63,465 bases of DNA, filler included, from Octopus bimaculoides (GCF_001194135.2; 6 parts of 6 records of this genome joined end to end with filler, not necessarily neighbours in it); one strand, 5' to 3'; shown: positions 37,329 to 50,469, counted from the first letter of the whole stretch. Notes: generated by a model not told the origin, from the letters alone. Numbers and translations are program-made.

Positions 37329-37581
37329 NNNNNNNNNNNNNNNNNNNNNNNNNNNNNNNNNNNNNNNNNNNNNNNNNNNNNNNNNNNNNNNNNNNNNNNN
37401 NNNNNNNNNNNNNNNNNNNNNNNNNNNNNNNNNNNNNNNNNNNNNNNNNNNNNNNNNNNNNNNNNNNNNNNNNNNNNNNNNNNNNNNNNNNNNNNNNNNN
37501 NNNNNNNNNNNNNNNNNNNNNNNNNNNNNNNNNNNNNNNNNNNNNNNNNNNNNNNNNNNNNNNNNNNNNNNNNNNNNNNNN

Positions 37582-37618
<37 letters not shown>

Positions 37619-38178
37619 TGCATACACACATAGACATATATATGTCTATGTATAAATGAATACAAGTGTACGAATATTTTATGGTGTGCTATATGTTTGT
37701 ATGTGGGTGTATGTGTAATTAAATTTATATGCACTTGTGTGATTGTGTATATATATTTACGCGCATAGCTTTAATCTTTATCTCTATTCATTTTTATACA
37801 CACATAGATAATTTTCACCAGCAGCCCCCATGATATTTTGACACTAGAAATGTTGATAATTTTGTTAACTCACCCGATCCTATATTTTGTATTGTTTTGT
37901 ATTGTGTCAGTTTTTATGTTCGTGTATTTGTGTCTGTCTCGATTTGTGTATTTCAATTCATTCACTCTACCAGTCTCTCTTTACACACACACGCACACAC
38001 AAACACACACACATACACACACTCATGCATGTTGGCATACGTGTTTATGTGTGATTTTATATACATGTGTTTGTTCTTGTTTGTGTTTGTTTATATTTCT
38101 CTCCATATATGAATATGCGCATGCATTTATAAGTATATACATATATACCTTTATATATATATATATATATATATATAT

Positions 38179-38278
38179 NNNNNNNNNNNNNNNNNNNNNN
38201 NNNNNNNNNNNNNNNNNNNNNNTTAATTAATTAANNNNNNNNNNNNNNNNNNNNNNNNNNNNNNNNNNNNNNNNNNNN
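38179..38278. other. Synthetic scaffold spacer
   Basis: 44 N + TTAATTAATTAA (38223-38234) + 44 N. Confidence 0.95.
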
Positions 38279-38430
38279 GCCGAGGTCAACTTTGCCTTTC
38301 ATCCTTTCGGGGTCGATAAATTAAGTACCAGTTACGCACTGGGGTCGATGTAATCGACTCGATCCCTTTGTCTGTCCTTGTTTGTCCCCTCTATGTTTAG
38401 CCCTTTGTGGGCAATAAAGAAATAGGAAAC
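38279..38430 (+). mobile_element. SINE family B, 3' part, young-looking
   Basis: gccgaggtcaactttgcctttcatcctttcggggtcgataaattaagtaccagttacgcactggggtcgatgtaatcgac. Confidence 0.85.
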
Positions 38431-38439
38431 TATAAAGAA

Positions 38440-39490
38440 GCCTGTCGTAGCCACTTCTCCAATTGCTAAATGTCCTTTAAATTTGAAATCTAAATTGTTG
38501 ATATGACATGGTATGTCATAAGTGTCTGTATATTGTGGTTTTTGTCAATTTAGTTATAAAATACACAGATTAATCAACGGAGTACAGTGTCTGCAAGTTG
38601 ATGAGTACCTCATATTCCCCTCCATTTTCTTATTCCTATAATGGCATTGTGGGATATTTTCTTGTACGAGGAGATTTCTGACTGCCATATTTTTCTTAAT
38701 CTGTCATAATATACTCGGGTCACTCTGTCTTAATTCACAGTACCTTCATATGATATATTTTCATCAATGCTTTGATACTTGTATCATTCTTTGTGTGAGA
38801 CAGGAGAGATAGCAAGACCATTGAAGAACAGGTTTTGGGTCTGGGGGGATGGTTTTCCCCGTTCAACAACCAAATACGAACATTTCTTGTGGCCAAATTC
38901 CATTCCTATGTCAGCTGAAAATGTTATTAATTCTAGCTGGGTTTTTTTTTTGGATTTGTTAACATTTTTAGCAGAAATCTTGATGTCATCCACAAAGAAA
39001 TTATGGGTTATATTCATATCTCTAGTAGTTGGAGAGCCTCACACGCATCCATTTGATTTTTGTAGCAGGAATTTGTCTTTGAAATATTTATAACATTGGA
39101 GACGATCGTTCTGCTCTCAGTTCTAAATGTAAGAATGGTTTCACAGGTATTTGTGAGCCTCTCAATGCCAAATAGAGACACTTCAGCAGCCATGAGTGGA
39201 GAATAGAATCAAAGGGCCTTCCTGTAACCAAGCCATACTTTTGCAACGCTCCTACAATGTTTTTCACTTCAGACAGTACAGCTTTGTTTATCGAAAGTTG
39301 TTCGGCACATCCCTACACTCTCATTTTTTTCCCACCTGCTTGCTCATCAGTTACTATGTCCATTAGACTCACAATGATTTTCAAGGAATTATTTAACGCA
39401 GCTTGTGTACAGTTTGCACATAAAGTTTAGGCAAGCAATGGGCCTGTAGTTTTCTGCCAGCTCGGTGGTTTCATTCTTGGCTACAAGATT
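38440..39490 (-). mobile_element. R4/Dong-like (RLE) non-LTR retrotransposon RT fragment
   Basis: AENYRPIACLNFMCKLYTSC..VTDEQAGGKK..GCAEQLSINKAVLSEVK..WLGYRKA-FDSILHSWL; HNFFVDDIKI..TFSADIGMEFGHKKCSYL; KYQSIDENISYEG..RLRKIWQSEIS. Confidence 0.8.
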
Positions 39491-39569
39491 CAAATCTATG
39501 TATGTATGTATGTATGTATCTATCTATCTATCTATCTGTTTGTCTGTCTATCTGTCTATCTATCTATCC

Positions 39570-39603
<34 letters not shown>

Positions 39604-39769
39604 TTGTTTATATTTATATAAGGGCATTACTTATATAAATGTAAATATAAATGAATAATTATATTCTTGGGAATAGAAATTTCCCTTATGAATTCTTTTA
39701 CACACTGGCTTCCTGATAAAAATTCTTGTAAAAGATTTTTATCCTTTTTTGAATTTATTAATCAAATAG

Positions 39770-39806
<37 letters not shown>

Positions 39807-39904
39807 ATCACGAGTGATGAAAAGTAGTTTCTCTATAATCATATCCAATGAAAACGACAATAGTTAGTATCCAATGGAAAGGGAGAATCCATTCTCATGC
39901 CAGG

Positions 39905-39985
39905 ACTCATCATCATCATCATCATCGTTTAACGTCCGCTTTCCATGCTAGCATGGGTTGGACAATTTGACTGATACTGTTAAAA
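39905..39985 (-). mobile_element. Family C tail fragment
   Basis: (cat)n-cgtttaacgtccgctttccatgctagcatgggttggac. Confidence 0.8.
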
Positions 39986-40394
39986 GGCTCCTATGATGTA
40001 TACACTCCAGTAGAGACATACCACTGGGGTCTACCACAAAATAGCTGGTATGTATCAATGAGTGACTAGCCCGTCACCACTGGGAAAATAACTGTGTTAA
40101 ATTCATGACAGCAAAACCTGTAACCTTCCATCTGCACAGGTGGTGAATGAAAAATGAAACTGGAGTTGTTACAGTAACTGCTCAACCGCCTGAAGCTGCT
40201 GGGAGAACCCACCCTTTTATAGGTCTCGTTAGAAGGTCCTAGAAAGTTGAATTATGTGATAGCTTGACTCTGATTGATCACGGGAAACAACAGTGGCCTC
40301 AACGTGGTGTGAGTACAACCATCCAGCGATTTGGTTTTTGGAATGGCTCTATATTGTAGTTTTTCCATAAGGCTTTCCAACTAAGTTGTATTTA

Positions 40395-40960
40395 TTTCAT
40401 CATCATCGTCATCATATTCGTCACATCGCCATTGTCATCGTCTTCATTATTACCGTCGTTGCCAGTGTCGTCATCATAACTGTTATCACCACCATCATTA
40501 TTACTATCATCATCATCATCATCATCGTCATCATCACTACCACCACCACCACCGTCATTATCACCACCATCGTCATCCTCATCGTTGTTGTCATCAGTAG
40601 CAGCAGCAGCAGTATCACTTTCATTATCATCGTCATCGTTGTCATTATCATCATAATCATCGTCATCATCATCATCATCATAATCATCGTCATCATCATC
40701 ATCATCATAATCATCGTCATCATCATCATTGTTGTCGTTGTCATTATCATCATCATCGTCACAACCATCATCATCATCACAACCATCATCATCATCGTCA
40801 TCGTTGTCGTCCTCATCATCGTCATCATCATTATCATTGTCATCATCATCATCGTCGTCGTTGTCATCATCATCATCATCGTCGTCGTCATCATCATCAT
40901 CATCATCACTACCATCCTCACCACCACCACCACCACTGCCACCAACAACAACAACACAAT
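40395..40960. repeat. Long degenerate (CAT/CAC/CGT)n trinucleotide array
   Basis: Direct reading; it generates the poly-I, poly-M and poly-S ORFs. Confidence 0.9.
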
Positions 40961-41074
40961 TGATTCAACAAGCAAATTATTAAGTGGTCTTCTGACCTGC
41001 TAGAAGTAGCAACTAAATCACCAATAAACTTTACCCTACTGCTTAAGACAACCAAGAGCACAGTCGATAACGTA

Positions 41075-41330
41075 CTTACAAGATATTCTATGTTTGTGAA
41101 GGGAAAAATCGTGATGGTCCTGGCTGGAACATCTTTGATCATAGAACTGCTGGATCAGAATTAACCTGGGGCTATACAACAACAATAATAACAACAAGGG
41201 GGACACATTAGATAATGTAGTCTGAGATACACTATGTTTGAATAAAAGACAGGATGGTCACAGCTGGAACACTTTTGATTACCGGTCTACTGGATCAGGA
41301 CTGTCTAGGGGTTAAACAAGAACAGCCAAG
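41075..41330 (+). repeat. Two tandem diverged copies of a repeat 3' end with (CAA)n tail; a third copy is inverted at ~5135-5210
   Basis: ctatgtttg...gatggtc..(a/g)gctggaaca..tttgat...tggatcag...ggggct.aac/acaacaa repeated. Confidence 0.6.
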
Positions 41331-41339
41331 CAACTGTCA

Positions 41340-41790
41340 TCATCAACTTTAAGCAATCTCTGTCATAACCATCACCATCATCACCAACACCACCACCATC
41401 ATTACCATCACCATCTCCTCCTCATCATTATCATCATCACCATGCCCCTCTGTCTCCTTTTCATCATCCTCTTCATTCTCCTCCTCCTCCTCATCATCAT
41501 CATCATAATCATCGCCATCATCCTCCTCCGTCTCCTCTTCATCATCACCATCGTCCTCTTCAATTTCCACTTCCCTTCTTCGTCTTCTTTATCATCACCA
41601 TCGTCCTCTTCAATTTCCACTTCCCTTCTTCGTCTTCTTTATCATCACCATCGTCCTCTTCAATTTCCACTTCCCTTCTTCATCTTCTTTATCATCATCG
41701 TCGTCATCACTACCACCAGCTTCACCACTACTGCCACCAAACCCTGGCATCCCTATTACCAATGCCACCACCACCACCACCACCACCAGC
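41340..41790. repeat. Trinucleotide-rich array containing three 50-bp tandem units (41541-41690)
   Basis: atcatcaccatcgtcctcttcaatttccacttcccttcttc(g/a)tcttcttt at 41541, 41591 and 41641. Confidence 0.9.
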
Positions 41791-42172
41791 ACTGACACCC
41801 ACCTATTACCTGCACCACCTCTTCTACCTCAACTGCCACACCTCTTCCCTGTTAACCTACACACTAGCGTCACCACTTCCAAATTTACAGATCGATATCA
41901 ATCACAATTTCCGATCGTCACTTGTAAAACTAGAAATAATTAACAAAAATCATTAAATTGCTCTCTGCACTGAATCTCTCTCTCTCTCTCTCTCTCTCTG
42001 CACACACACAGACAGGCATATACCTACACACAAGAATACGCATACACACACACATGCACACACACATTCATAGATAGATAGATAGATATACATATATATA
42101 TATTATGTATATATATATTATTTTATATCATACTATACATATAGTATTATATATGTATTAATATTATATATA

Positions 42173-44290
42173 TGTTGTTGGGAATTTGTAATAATGGTAC
42201 ACCCCTCCCACGTGACGAATGGAATGACTTAGTCACTATAAGTAAAGAGAGGTACGTGAAGTACCAGAGTACGTAGTAGGCAGTCAGAGATAGTCATGTC
42301 TCTACTGGTTTTAGTAAGTATTCTGTTTGCCGAAGCGGGCGTTATAACAATCCAACATTCTAAGGATTACAACAGTGGCAACGAGGATTTAAACATCTCA
42401 CAAGGAATTAATAAATTTGACGAGGATTTAAACAACTCACAAGGAATTAATAAACACCACAAAGATAAACCAATTCATGTGGAGTTAATAGAAACTCGAA
42501 GAGGAGTCAATAAACTCAGAATGTTTTGTTGTGCGAATTTTATGAAAAAAATTTGAAAAATTATGGAAAATATGTTAGCCAGTTTGCTCAAGTTGTAAAA
42601 ACAACAGCTGTAAATACAACAACAACAATTACTATTACAGCAATTAATGAAGTCGTCAGGAAATTCAGAAAAAGTATTTCTCGCCAGACTATGTCGCAAA
42701 CTCCATAACAGAGTTCAAATATGAACCTGATGAAGGAATTACCTTCGAAGCATGCAACAGAAGATATAAGCAAATCTTTGAGACAGAATGTAAAGATTGG
42801 GATGACGAGATGGAAACGTGCTTAATCTTGAGAAAACTGGCGGCAGCAGAACATGAGTATTACAGTAATTATGTGCTCCCACGAATACTTTCTGACATAA
42901 ATTTTAATGGCACAATCAATATGCTGTGTAAAATTTTCAGTGAAAAAAGCTCATTGTTCAACACACGTTGGAAGTGTCTGAACATAGAGAAAAAACAACG
43001 ACGAAGACTTTATCACATATGCTGGTAGAGTAAACAGGGAATGTGAGAAGCTAAAGCTGAACGAATTAACACGAGATGTGTTCAAATGCCTGATTTTTAC
43101 ACGGGGACTTACTGCTGAAAAAGATGCAGAAGTCAGAATTAGAATTCTCGCAAAGCTGGAGCAAAACCAGGATGTAATCCTACAGCAAGAGTCAGAAGAA
43201 TGTGAAAGGATAGTCAAATTAAGACATGACATGGAGGAAGTTGAACGTAAAGATTATTTCCAAGTAAAGCAAGCACGAAATAATCAGAATAGAGATAAAA
43301 TGTTTTCGAAAAAACATGACAAAAATCAGGAAATAAACCCATGTTTTGCATATGGAGGTATACTCCCAAGGAAAAAATTGTCCATTTAAAAACCAGAGTG
43401 TTTTCATTGTGGAAATAGAGGATATATAGGTGTAGGAGTGGCTGTGTGGTAAGTAGCTTGCTTACCAACCACATGGTTCCGGGTTCAGTCCCACTGCATG
43501 GCACCTTGGGCAAGTGTCTTCTACTATAGCCTCAGGCCGACCAAAGCCTTGTGAGTGGATTCGGTACACGGAAACTGAAAGAAGCCCCTCGTATATATGT
43601 ATATATCATCATCATCATCATCATCGTTTAACGTCCGCTTTCCATGCTAGCATGGGTTGGACAATTTGACTGAGGACTAGTGAACCAGATGGCTACACCA
43701 GGCTCCAATCTGATTTGGCAAAGTTTCTACAGCTGGATGCCCTTCCTAACGCCAACCACTCCGAGAGTGTAGAAATATATATATATATATATATATATAT
43801 ATCATCATCATCATCATCATCATTGTTTAACGCCCGCTTTCCATGCTAGCATGGGTTGGACGATTTGACTGAGGACTGGTTATATTTTATTGGTGAATGT
43901 AATGTAACATTTCGAGGTCAAACGAAAAAGGCTAAGATATATGTATTAAAAGATTCACTTAATTTATTTGGCGCAGAGTGGATGGAACTATTCAATAATA
44001 TATGGAATAAGCCCATAAGTATTCTGTGTGGAAATATAGTTGCCTTAGTCAAAGGTTCAAATGAAGCCAGACTTAAAGATTATTTCTAGATGTTTTTTGT
44101 TTTTTTTTGGAAGAGCTGGGTTGTTGTACAAAAACAAAAGCTAAGATTGCTGATGTGGAACATGGTACGAGAGTTTCCAGTGACTCTGGAGGATATAAAA
44201 CGGAATACAATAAAAGACAAGTTTATACCGGAAACAAAAAAGAACACTGTGGTCTACAAAAGAAAATAGGATCAGGTTTGGTGCGAAATG
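42173..44290 (+). mobile_element. Decayed Mag-like Ty3/Gypsy LTR retrotransposon: 5' LTR, PBS, gag, partial protease and RT start
   Basis: TG...CA LTR ~42173-42374; PBS tggcaacgagg at 42376; gag ANSITEFKYEPDEGITFEA..LILRKL..SLFNTRWKCL..FKCLIFTRGL..DAEVRIRIL; knuckle CFHCGNRGYI (43399); protease GECNVTFRG..LNLFGAEWMELF; EELGCCTKTKAK. No 3' LTR seen. Confidence 0.8.
43430..43880. mobile_element. Stack of SINEs inside the Gypsy: family A head (+, 43430-43600) and two family C tails (-, 43605-43770 and 43802-43880)
   Basis: Direct match to other copies in the window. Confidence 0.85.
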
Positions 44291-44299
44291 AAATCAAGG

Positions 44300-44505
44300 T
44301 GTGAACCCTGTACTCAATGTGTGATGGTGTACTGATGTATGCATGGAGAGCAGTGATACCGGAAACACTACAAAGGAAAGGCCTCACTGAAGCAATGACT
44401 TGTGACCGTGACCTTTGGAAATATGCTGTGCGTGAGGAGACCCGGCAAGCCAAGTGAGACCAAAATCCAAGGCCTCTGCCAGGGATGTAGCCAGCCCACT
44501 TACGC
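44300..44505 (+). mobile_element. 3' end of an RTE-like LINE ORF
   Basis: LQRKGLTEAMTCDRDLWKYAVREETRQAK* resembles the RTE terminal GL...MA.DR..WR..V motif. Confidence 0.5.
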
Positions 44506-45422
44506 NNNNNNNNNNNNNNNNNNNNNNNNNNNNNNNNNNNNNNNNNNNNNNNNNNNNNNNNNNNNNNNNNNNNNNNNNNNNNNNNNNNNNNNNNNNNNNN
44601 NNNNNNNNNNNNNNNNNNNNNNNNNNNNNNNNNNNNNNNNNNNNNNNNNNNNNNNNNNNNNNNNNNNNNNNNNNNNNNNNNNNNNNNNNNNNNNNNNNNN
44701 NNNNNNNNNNNNNNNNNNNNNNNNNNNNNNNNNNNNNNNNNNNNNNNNNNNNNNNNNNNNNNNNNNNNNNNNNNNNNNNNNNNNNNNNNNNNNNNNNNNN
44801 NNNNNNNNNNNNNNNNNNNNNNNNNNNNNNNNNNNNNNNNNNNNNNNNNNNNNNNNNNNNNNNNNNNNNNNNNNNNNNNNNNNNNNNNNNNNNNNNNNNN
44901 NNNNNNNNNNNNNNNNNNNNNNNNNNNNNNNNNNNNNNNNNNNNNNNNNNNNNNNNNNNNNNNNNNNNNNNNNNNNNNNNNNNNNNNNNNNNNNNNNNNN
45001 NNNNNNNNNNNNNNNNNNNNNNNNNNNNNNNNNNNNNNNNNNNNNNNNNNNNNNNNNNNNNNNNNNNNNNNNNNNNNNNNNNNNNNNNNNNNNNNNNNNN
45101 NNNNNNNNNNNNNNNNNNNNNNNNNNNNNNNNNNNNNNNNNNNNNNNNNNNNNNNNNNNNNNNNNNNNNNNNNNNNNNNNNNNNNNNNNNNNNNNNNNNN
45201 NNNNNNNNNNNNNNNNNNNNNNNNNNNNNNNNNNNNNNNNNNNNNNNNNNNNNNNNNNNNNNNNNNNNNNNNNNNNNNNNNNNNNNNNNNNNNNNNNNNN
45301 NNNNNNNNNNNNNNNNNNNNNNNNNNNNNNNNNNNNNNNNNNNNNNNNNNNNNNNNNNNNNNNNNNNNNNNNNNNNNNNNNNNNNNNNNNNNNNNNNNNN
45401 NNNNNNNNNNNNNNNNNNNNNN

Positions 45423-45727
45423 GTGGATGTTTATTGAGCGAAAACACCTAAATCTCCACAAGGCTCCGGCAGGGGATGGTGGCGAACCCTGCTGTACTCT
45501 TTCGCTCCAACTTTCTCGCACTCTTACTTCCTGTTTCTGTGGTGCCTGTAATTCAAAGGGTCAGCCTTGCCACACTGTGTCACGCTGAATATCCCCGAGA
45601 ACTACGTTAAGGGTACACGTGTGTGTGGAGTGCTCAGCCACTTGCAAGTTAATTTCACGAGCAGGCTGTTCCGTTGATCGGATCAACTGGAACCCTCGAC
45701 GTCGTAAGCAATGGATTGCCAACAACA
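45423..45727. repeat. Unclassified GC-richer interspersed repeat ending at caacaacaa
   Basis: Sharp compositional island between an N-gap and a microsatellite; single copy in the window. Confidence 0.35.
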
Positions 45728-46084
45728 AAAATATATGTGTATGTATGTATATGTGTGTGTATGTATGTACGTATGTACATATGTATGTATGTGTGTATGT
45801 ACGTTCATATGTATGTGTATGCATGTATGTACATGAGTATGTATGCATGTATTATGTGTATACATATATACACACACACACATACACACACATATATATA
45901 TATATATGCATATATAAGTGTATTTATGTCTGTATGTATAAATCTGTATCTATCGGATATATATATGTCTGTGTGTGTGTGTGTATGACTACATGTATAA
46001 ATACATTCATATGTGTGTACATGTGAACATGTACACACACACACACACATACACATATATGCAGAGAGTGAGAGAGAGAGAGAA

Positions 46085-46346
46085 TCTTCATCTTTGTTAT
46101 TCTTCACCATCATCACAATCTATGTCATTACCACCTTCAGTAGCACCGTGTCTTCCTCCTCCTCCTCCTCATCCTCATCATCATCATCATCATCTTTACC
46201 ACCAACCACCATCACCATAACCACCACCACCACCTTCATCATCATTACCACCTCCAATGGCATCACATCTTTTTCTTCTTCCTCCTCCTCCTCCTCGCCG
46301 CCATCACCACCACCGTCTTTGTCACAGTGCTTCATTTTCTTCATCT

Positions 46347-46388
<42 letters not shown>

Positions 46389-46399
46389 TCTCTCTCTAT
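46085..46399. repeat. (CAT/CAC/CCT)n and (CT)n low-complexity tract
   Basis: Direct reading. Confidence 0.85.
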
Positions 46400-46499
46400 N
46401 NNNNNNNNNNNNNNNNNNNNNNNNNNNNNNNNNNNNNNNNNNNTTAATTAATTAANNNNNNNNNNNNNNNNNNNNNNNNNNNNNNNNNNNNNNNNNNNN
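46400..46499. other. Synthetic scaffold spacer
   Basis: 44 N + TTAATTAATTAA (46444-46455) + 44 N. Confidence 0.95.
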
Positions 46500-46605
46500 A
46501 AGTGTGTGAATCTGAGAGGAGAATATGTTGAATAAAATCATAATTAACTAATCCTACTGTATATTCTTTTACACAAAGCCAGGGACTTATCAGCATACCA
46601 TCATA
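46500..46605 (+). mobile_element. Mariner-derived MITE, right half
   Basis: agtgtgtgaatctgagaggagaatatgttgaataaaatcataattaac...aaagccagggacttatcagcataccatcata. Confidence 0.75.
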
Positions 46606-47064
46606 CGTGTGAATGTGTACACATGTCTATTTGTTTGCTTCCTTCTCCGCTTCACAACCGGTGTAGTTTTGTTTACTACCCCGTAACATTGTAGTTAGAC
46701 CAAAAGAAAATGTAGAATATATATTATCCAGTTTACAGAAGAATCTTAAATGAGAAGAATCTAATGCTTCATTTGATATAAAAGAAGTCTTGCAAATATT
46801 GAACTACACTGAACGAACCATCCAGTGATCAAAGACAGCCCAAGTGTACTTTCCATGTACGTTAAGGGAGTATTTCAGAGTATTTCAGTGTTTAAGGGAG
46901 TGTTCAATGTGGCCTTCACAATTTTTTTTAACATAATGTGATTCGAGTATGTGTTCGCAGTTATTTGTTGCAAGTAGGGATTCTGTGTGAAAACAACGAC
47001 GTTGGGGGCAAAGCTGAGAAGTTAAATACAAGAAAATGATATCTAAATGTTTAGTTTAAAGAAA

Positions 47065-47395
47065 GGTAAGAGTGGCTGTGTGGTAAGTAACTTGCTTACC
47101 AACCACATGGTTCCGGGTTCGGTCCCACTGCGTGGCACCTTGGGCAAGTATCTTCCGCTATAGCCTCGGGCCGACCAAAGCCCTGTGAGTGGATTTGGTA
47201 GACGGAAATTGAAAGAACCCCGTCATATATATGTATATATGTGTATATGTTTGTGTGTCTGTGTTTGCAACCCTACCCCCAACATCGCTTGACAACCGAT
47301 GCTGGTGTGTTTACATCCCCGTAACTTAGTGGTTCGGCAAAAAGAGACCGATAGAATAAGTACTAGGCTTACAAAGAATAAGTCCTGGGTTCGAT
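47065..47395 (+). mobile_element. SINE family A, tail truncated
   Basis: High identity to 13341-13690. Confidence 0.9.
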
Positions 47396-47529
47396 GACTT
47401 CATATTTCTAAAATTTTGTTAATCATTGCAACTCAAAATGGCATAAAAGCAGTGACAAATTTTAAAATGCGCGTGAAGTATAAATGCGGCTCAGAAATTG
47501 AAAATAATTATCAGTTAATGCACAAAACT

Positions 47530-47899
47530 TGAGTAAGAAGCTTGCTTCCCAACTACACGATTCTGGGTTCAGTCTCACTGCATGGCACCTTTGGCAAGGT
47601 TTTTTCTTTCACTATAGCCTCGGGCCAGTCAAAGCCTTGTGAGTAGATTTGGTATACGGAAACTGAAAGAAGCCCCTCNNNNNNNNNNNNNNNNNNNNNN
47701 NNNNNNNNNNNNNNNNNNNNNNNNNNNNNNNNNNNNNNNNNNNNNNNNNNNNNNNNNNNNNNNNNNNNNNNNNNNNNNNNNNNNNNNNNNNNNNNNNNNN
47801 NNNNNNNNNNNNNNNNNNNNNNNNNNNNNNNNNNNNNNNNNNNNNNNNNNNNNNNNNNNNNNNNNNNNNNNNNNNNNNNNNNNNNNNNNNNNNNNNNNC

Positions 47900-47987
<88 letters not shown>

Positions 47988-48110
47988 GTACCTATGTGAT
48001 AGAATAAGTACTAGGTTTTAAAAAATAATCCTGGGATCGATCTGTTCGACTGGAACCCTTTAGGGTGGTGCCCTAGCTTGGTCAGAATCGAATGACTGAA
48101 ACAAATAAAG
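47530..48110 (+). mobile_element. SINE family A spanning an N-gap
   Basis: Head 47530-47678, tail 47995-48110. Confidence 0.7.
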
Positions 48111-48449
48111 AATAACGGATAAAGGGTACATTTAGGATATTTACCACATTTCAAACCCTCTCTGATAAATGTGAATGATGGGTCAAATTACGATGTTTAT
48201 GGCTGGAGAGTAGAAAGCAAGAAATCAAGAAATTTGGACAAGAAAAATTAACAAACAGAAATGAGATACGATATATGTACATATGCATGTTTATATATGT
48301 GCATGTATGTTTAGGTTAAAGTAAAAATGAAAATGCAAAACGTTTGGTATCACTTGAAAAAGACATTTAATTTAGATAGAGAATATAAACATATAGAGTC
48401 TCTTAAAGCCAAGCATGTAGATCATGTATGTATGGAGAATTCAGGTAAT

Positions 48450-48660
48450 ATTGGTTTCAAATTTTGGCACAAGGCTAGACATTTTGGGGAGAGGTAAGTC
48501 GATTACATCGACAACAGCGCTCAACTGGTAGTTATTTTATCACAACAGAAAGGATGAAAAGCAAAGTCAACCAGGGCGGATTTGAACTCAGAACGTAGAG
48601 ACGGATAAAGTGCTGCTAAGCATTATGACTAGATTGCTAACGATTCTGCCAGGTCGCTGC
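48450..48660 (-). mobile_element. SINE family B, CpGs retained
   Basis: gggcggatttgaactcagaacgtagagacgg...ctaacgattctgccag. Confidence 0.8.
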
Positions 48661-50469
48661 TTTACATCGGGTGAAATATAAAAATAAGAGTAGTCGTGGT
48701 TTTTTTGAAAGCATGGTTTATTTTAAAGTTACATCTGATTTTCCTGATTTTTCAAATACGTTGTGGATTGTGAAACACTTTCGGACAAATGTTTAAACGA
48801 TTTCTACCAATGAAATTAAGACAATGTTGTACCTTAACAGCGTTCCTGCTAACTCTAATTCTCGGAGATTTGTAGCGACGGCAGGATTAAATGTCGTTGT
48901 TTTTCTTACAGCTATGCATTCAGTTAGTAAGTGATGAGATCAAGGAATAACTGAAGCGTGCCAGATGCTGGATAAAAAAAAGAAATTTAAGAAAAAATAT
49001 GTGTTGTAGGATGCAGAAAATACGGAAAGTTCACAAGATGCTAAGACACTAGAATAGTCGTGAATACAGCATCAAGTTTACAGTTAACAAACAAGACATT
49101 TGCTTGCAAGGAGAAAATTACTACGACTGCAATAAAAGTTTAGTGGTGGTTGTTGAGTAATGTTGAAGTTGGTTAAGATTTTGAAAGATTTCAGACCAAC
49201 TAAACTTAGTGCACTCGTGTTAAATGGCAGAAACAGCAAACCGATGAGAATGATTATCAAGAAAAGCCTGAGAATAATCAAATGTCAAATGATTCTGGTT
49301 TTAAAGTTCCCACGGATAGAAATTACACACGATGTTCTACATATCAAAAGAGGCGAAAAAAAAAAACAAAAAAAAACAGACAAGACGCAAGAGGAAGTGG
49401 GACAACCCGGACATTGGCCAATCACTTTATATGGACATTTTGAAACCCAAAGGTTGTCCTTTACTATGAGAAAAAATTGAGTGTGATCGAAAAGTTAATA
49501 TAGAACGACGGGATCGCAAAAAACACACCCAAAAAACAAAGGCTGGAATGATCCTTCTTGAAGCTGAACAGGACAATTTCTGCTTTAAATCTACCAAAAT
49601 TTACATCATTGCAGTCTACAAACAAATGAAAGCAATGTACCTATATTTACGCATTTTATAATAGTCTGAAAATGGTGAATTTTCTTTCGCCTCCGCCTGC
49701 AGCATTCGAATAAAGTTTACTCTATATTATCACTACAAAATACTCTTCATCGACACGACAAAATACAAAAGTAAGTAAAAATACTTATTCGTTATTAAAA
49801 CTTGAAAAGAATTTTAAATTGTGCAGTATTGCTAAAGTTATTATACTGACAAATGCGCTGCTAAAAAATATCACTGAAATTTCTCGTCTCTCTTCCCTTT
49901 TTTATTAATGAGAAGAAAAATTACAGTTTGTTTCTATATAATTTTTCTTTCCACACCTTGGCCTGGACATATTTAAAATTACATTAATTTTATTAATCTT
50001 GGCAATTTGCTCGCCCATTTTCAATTCTCATAGCCCTCCCTTGCCAAGGAACCTGACAGCTCTCCACCCATGAGAATCACTGCAGTAATATATACTGTAT
50101 TAATAATCACCGTTGACAGAAAACTTTTAAATTCTCTGTTACATGAGCGACACCCAACTGTTTCTGTTTTCCTCTCTCTCTCTCCCCTATCCGTCTCCCC
50201 CTCTCTTCCCCCTCTCCTCTTCTCCCCTCTCTCGCTTTCCATTCTGAGGTAATCGTTTCAACTCGCCATCCATCTATTCATACAAATAAAACACGCCCAC
50301 ACACATTCATATATAACTGTATACGTGTACATGTACGCACACACACACATATTAATCGGCAGAAAATTACAAAGATAACTCAAGTAGCTAGAGTTTCGTA
50401 CCTGTCACTCATCATGCACAAATCATTCGGTCCTTGAATCGCTGGTGTAACTTTTGCTTATCAAAAACA

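Noticed and set aside
40386-41003. 205-aa Ile/Val-rich, 184-aa Met-rich and Ser-rich ORFs
   Set aside because: Translations of a (CAT)n-type trinucleotide array open in several frames; no evidence of a real protein.
41349-41798. Acidic E/D-rich minus-strand ORFs
   Set aside because: The embedded tandem unit is 50 bp, so the frame shifts each unit; incompatible with a coding repeat.
42726-42752. CTGATGA-AGG-aatta-CCT-TCGAAG hammerhead look-alike
   Set aside because: Lacks GAAA and lies in the Gypsy gag frame (YEPDEGITFEA), which explains it.
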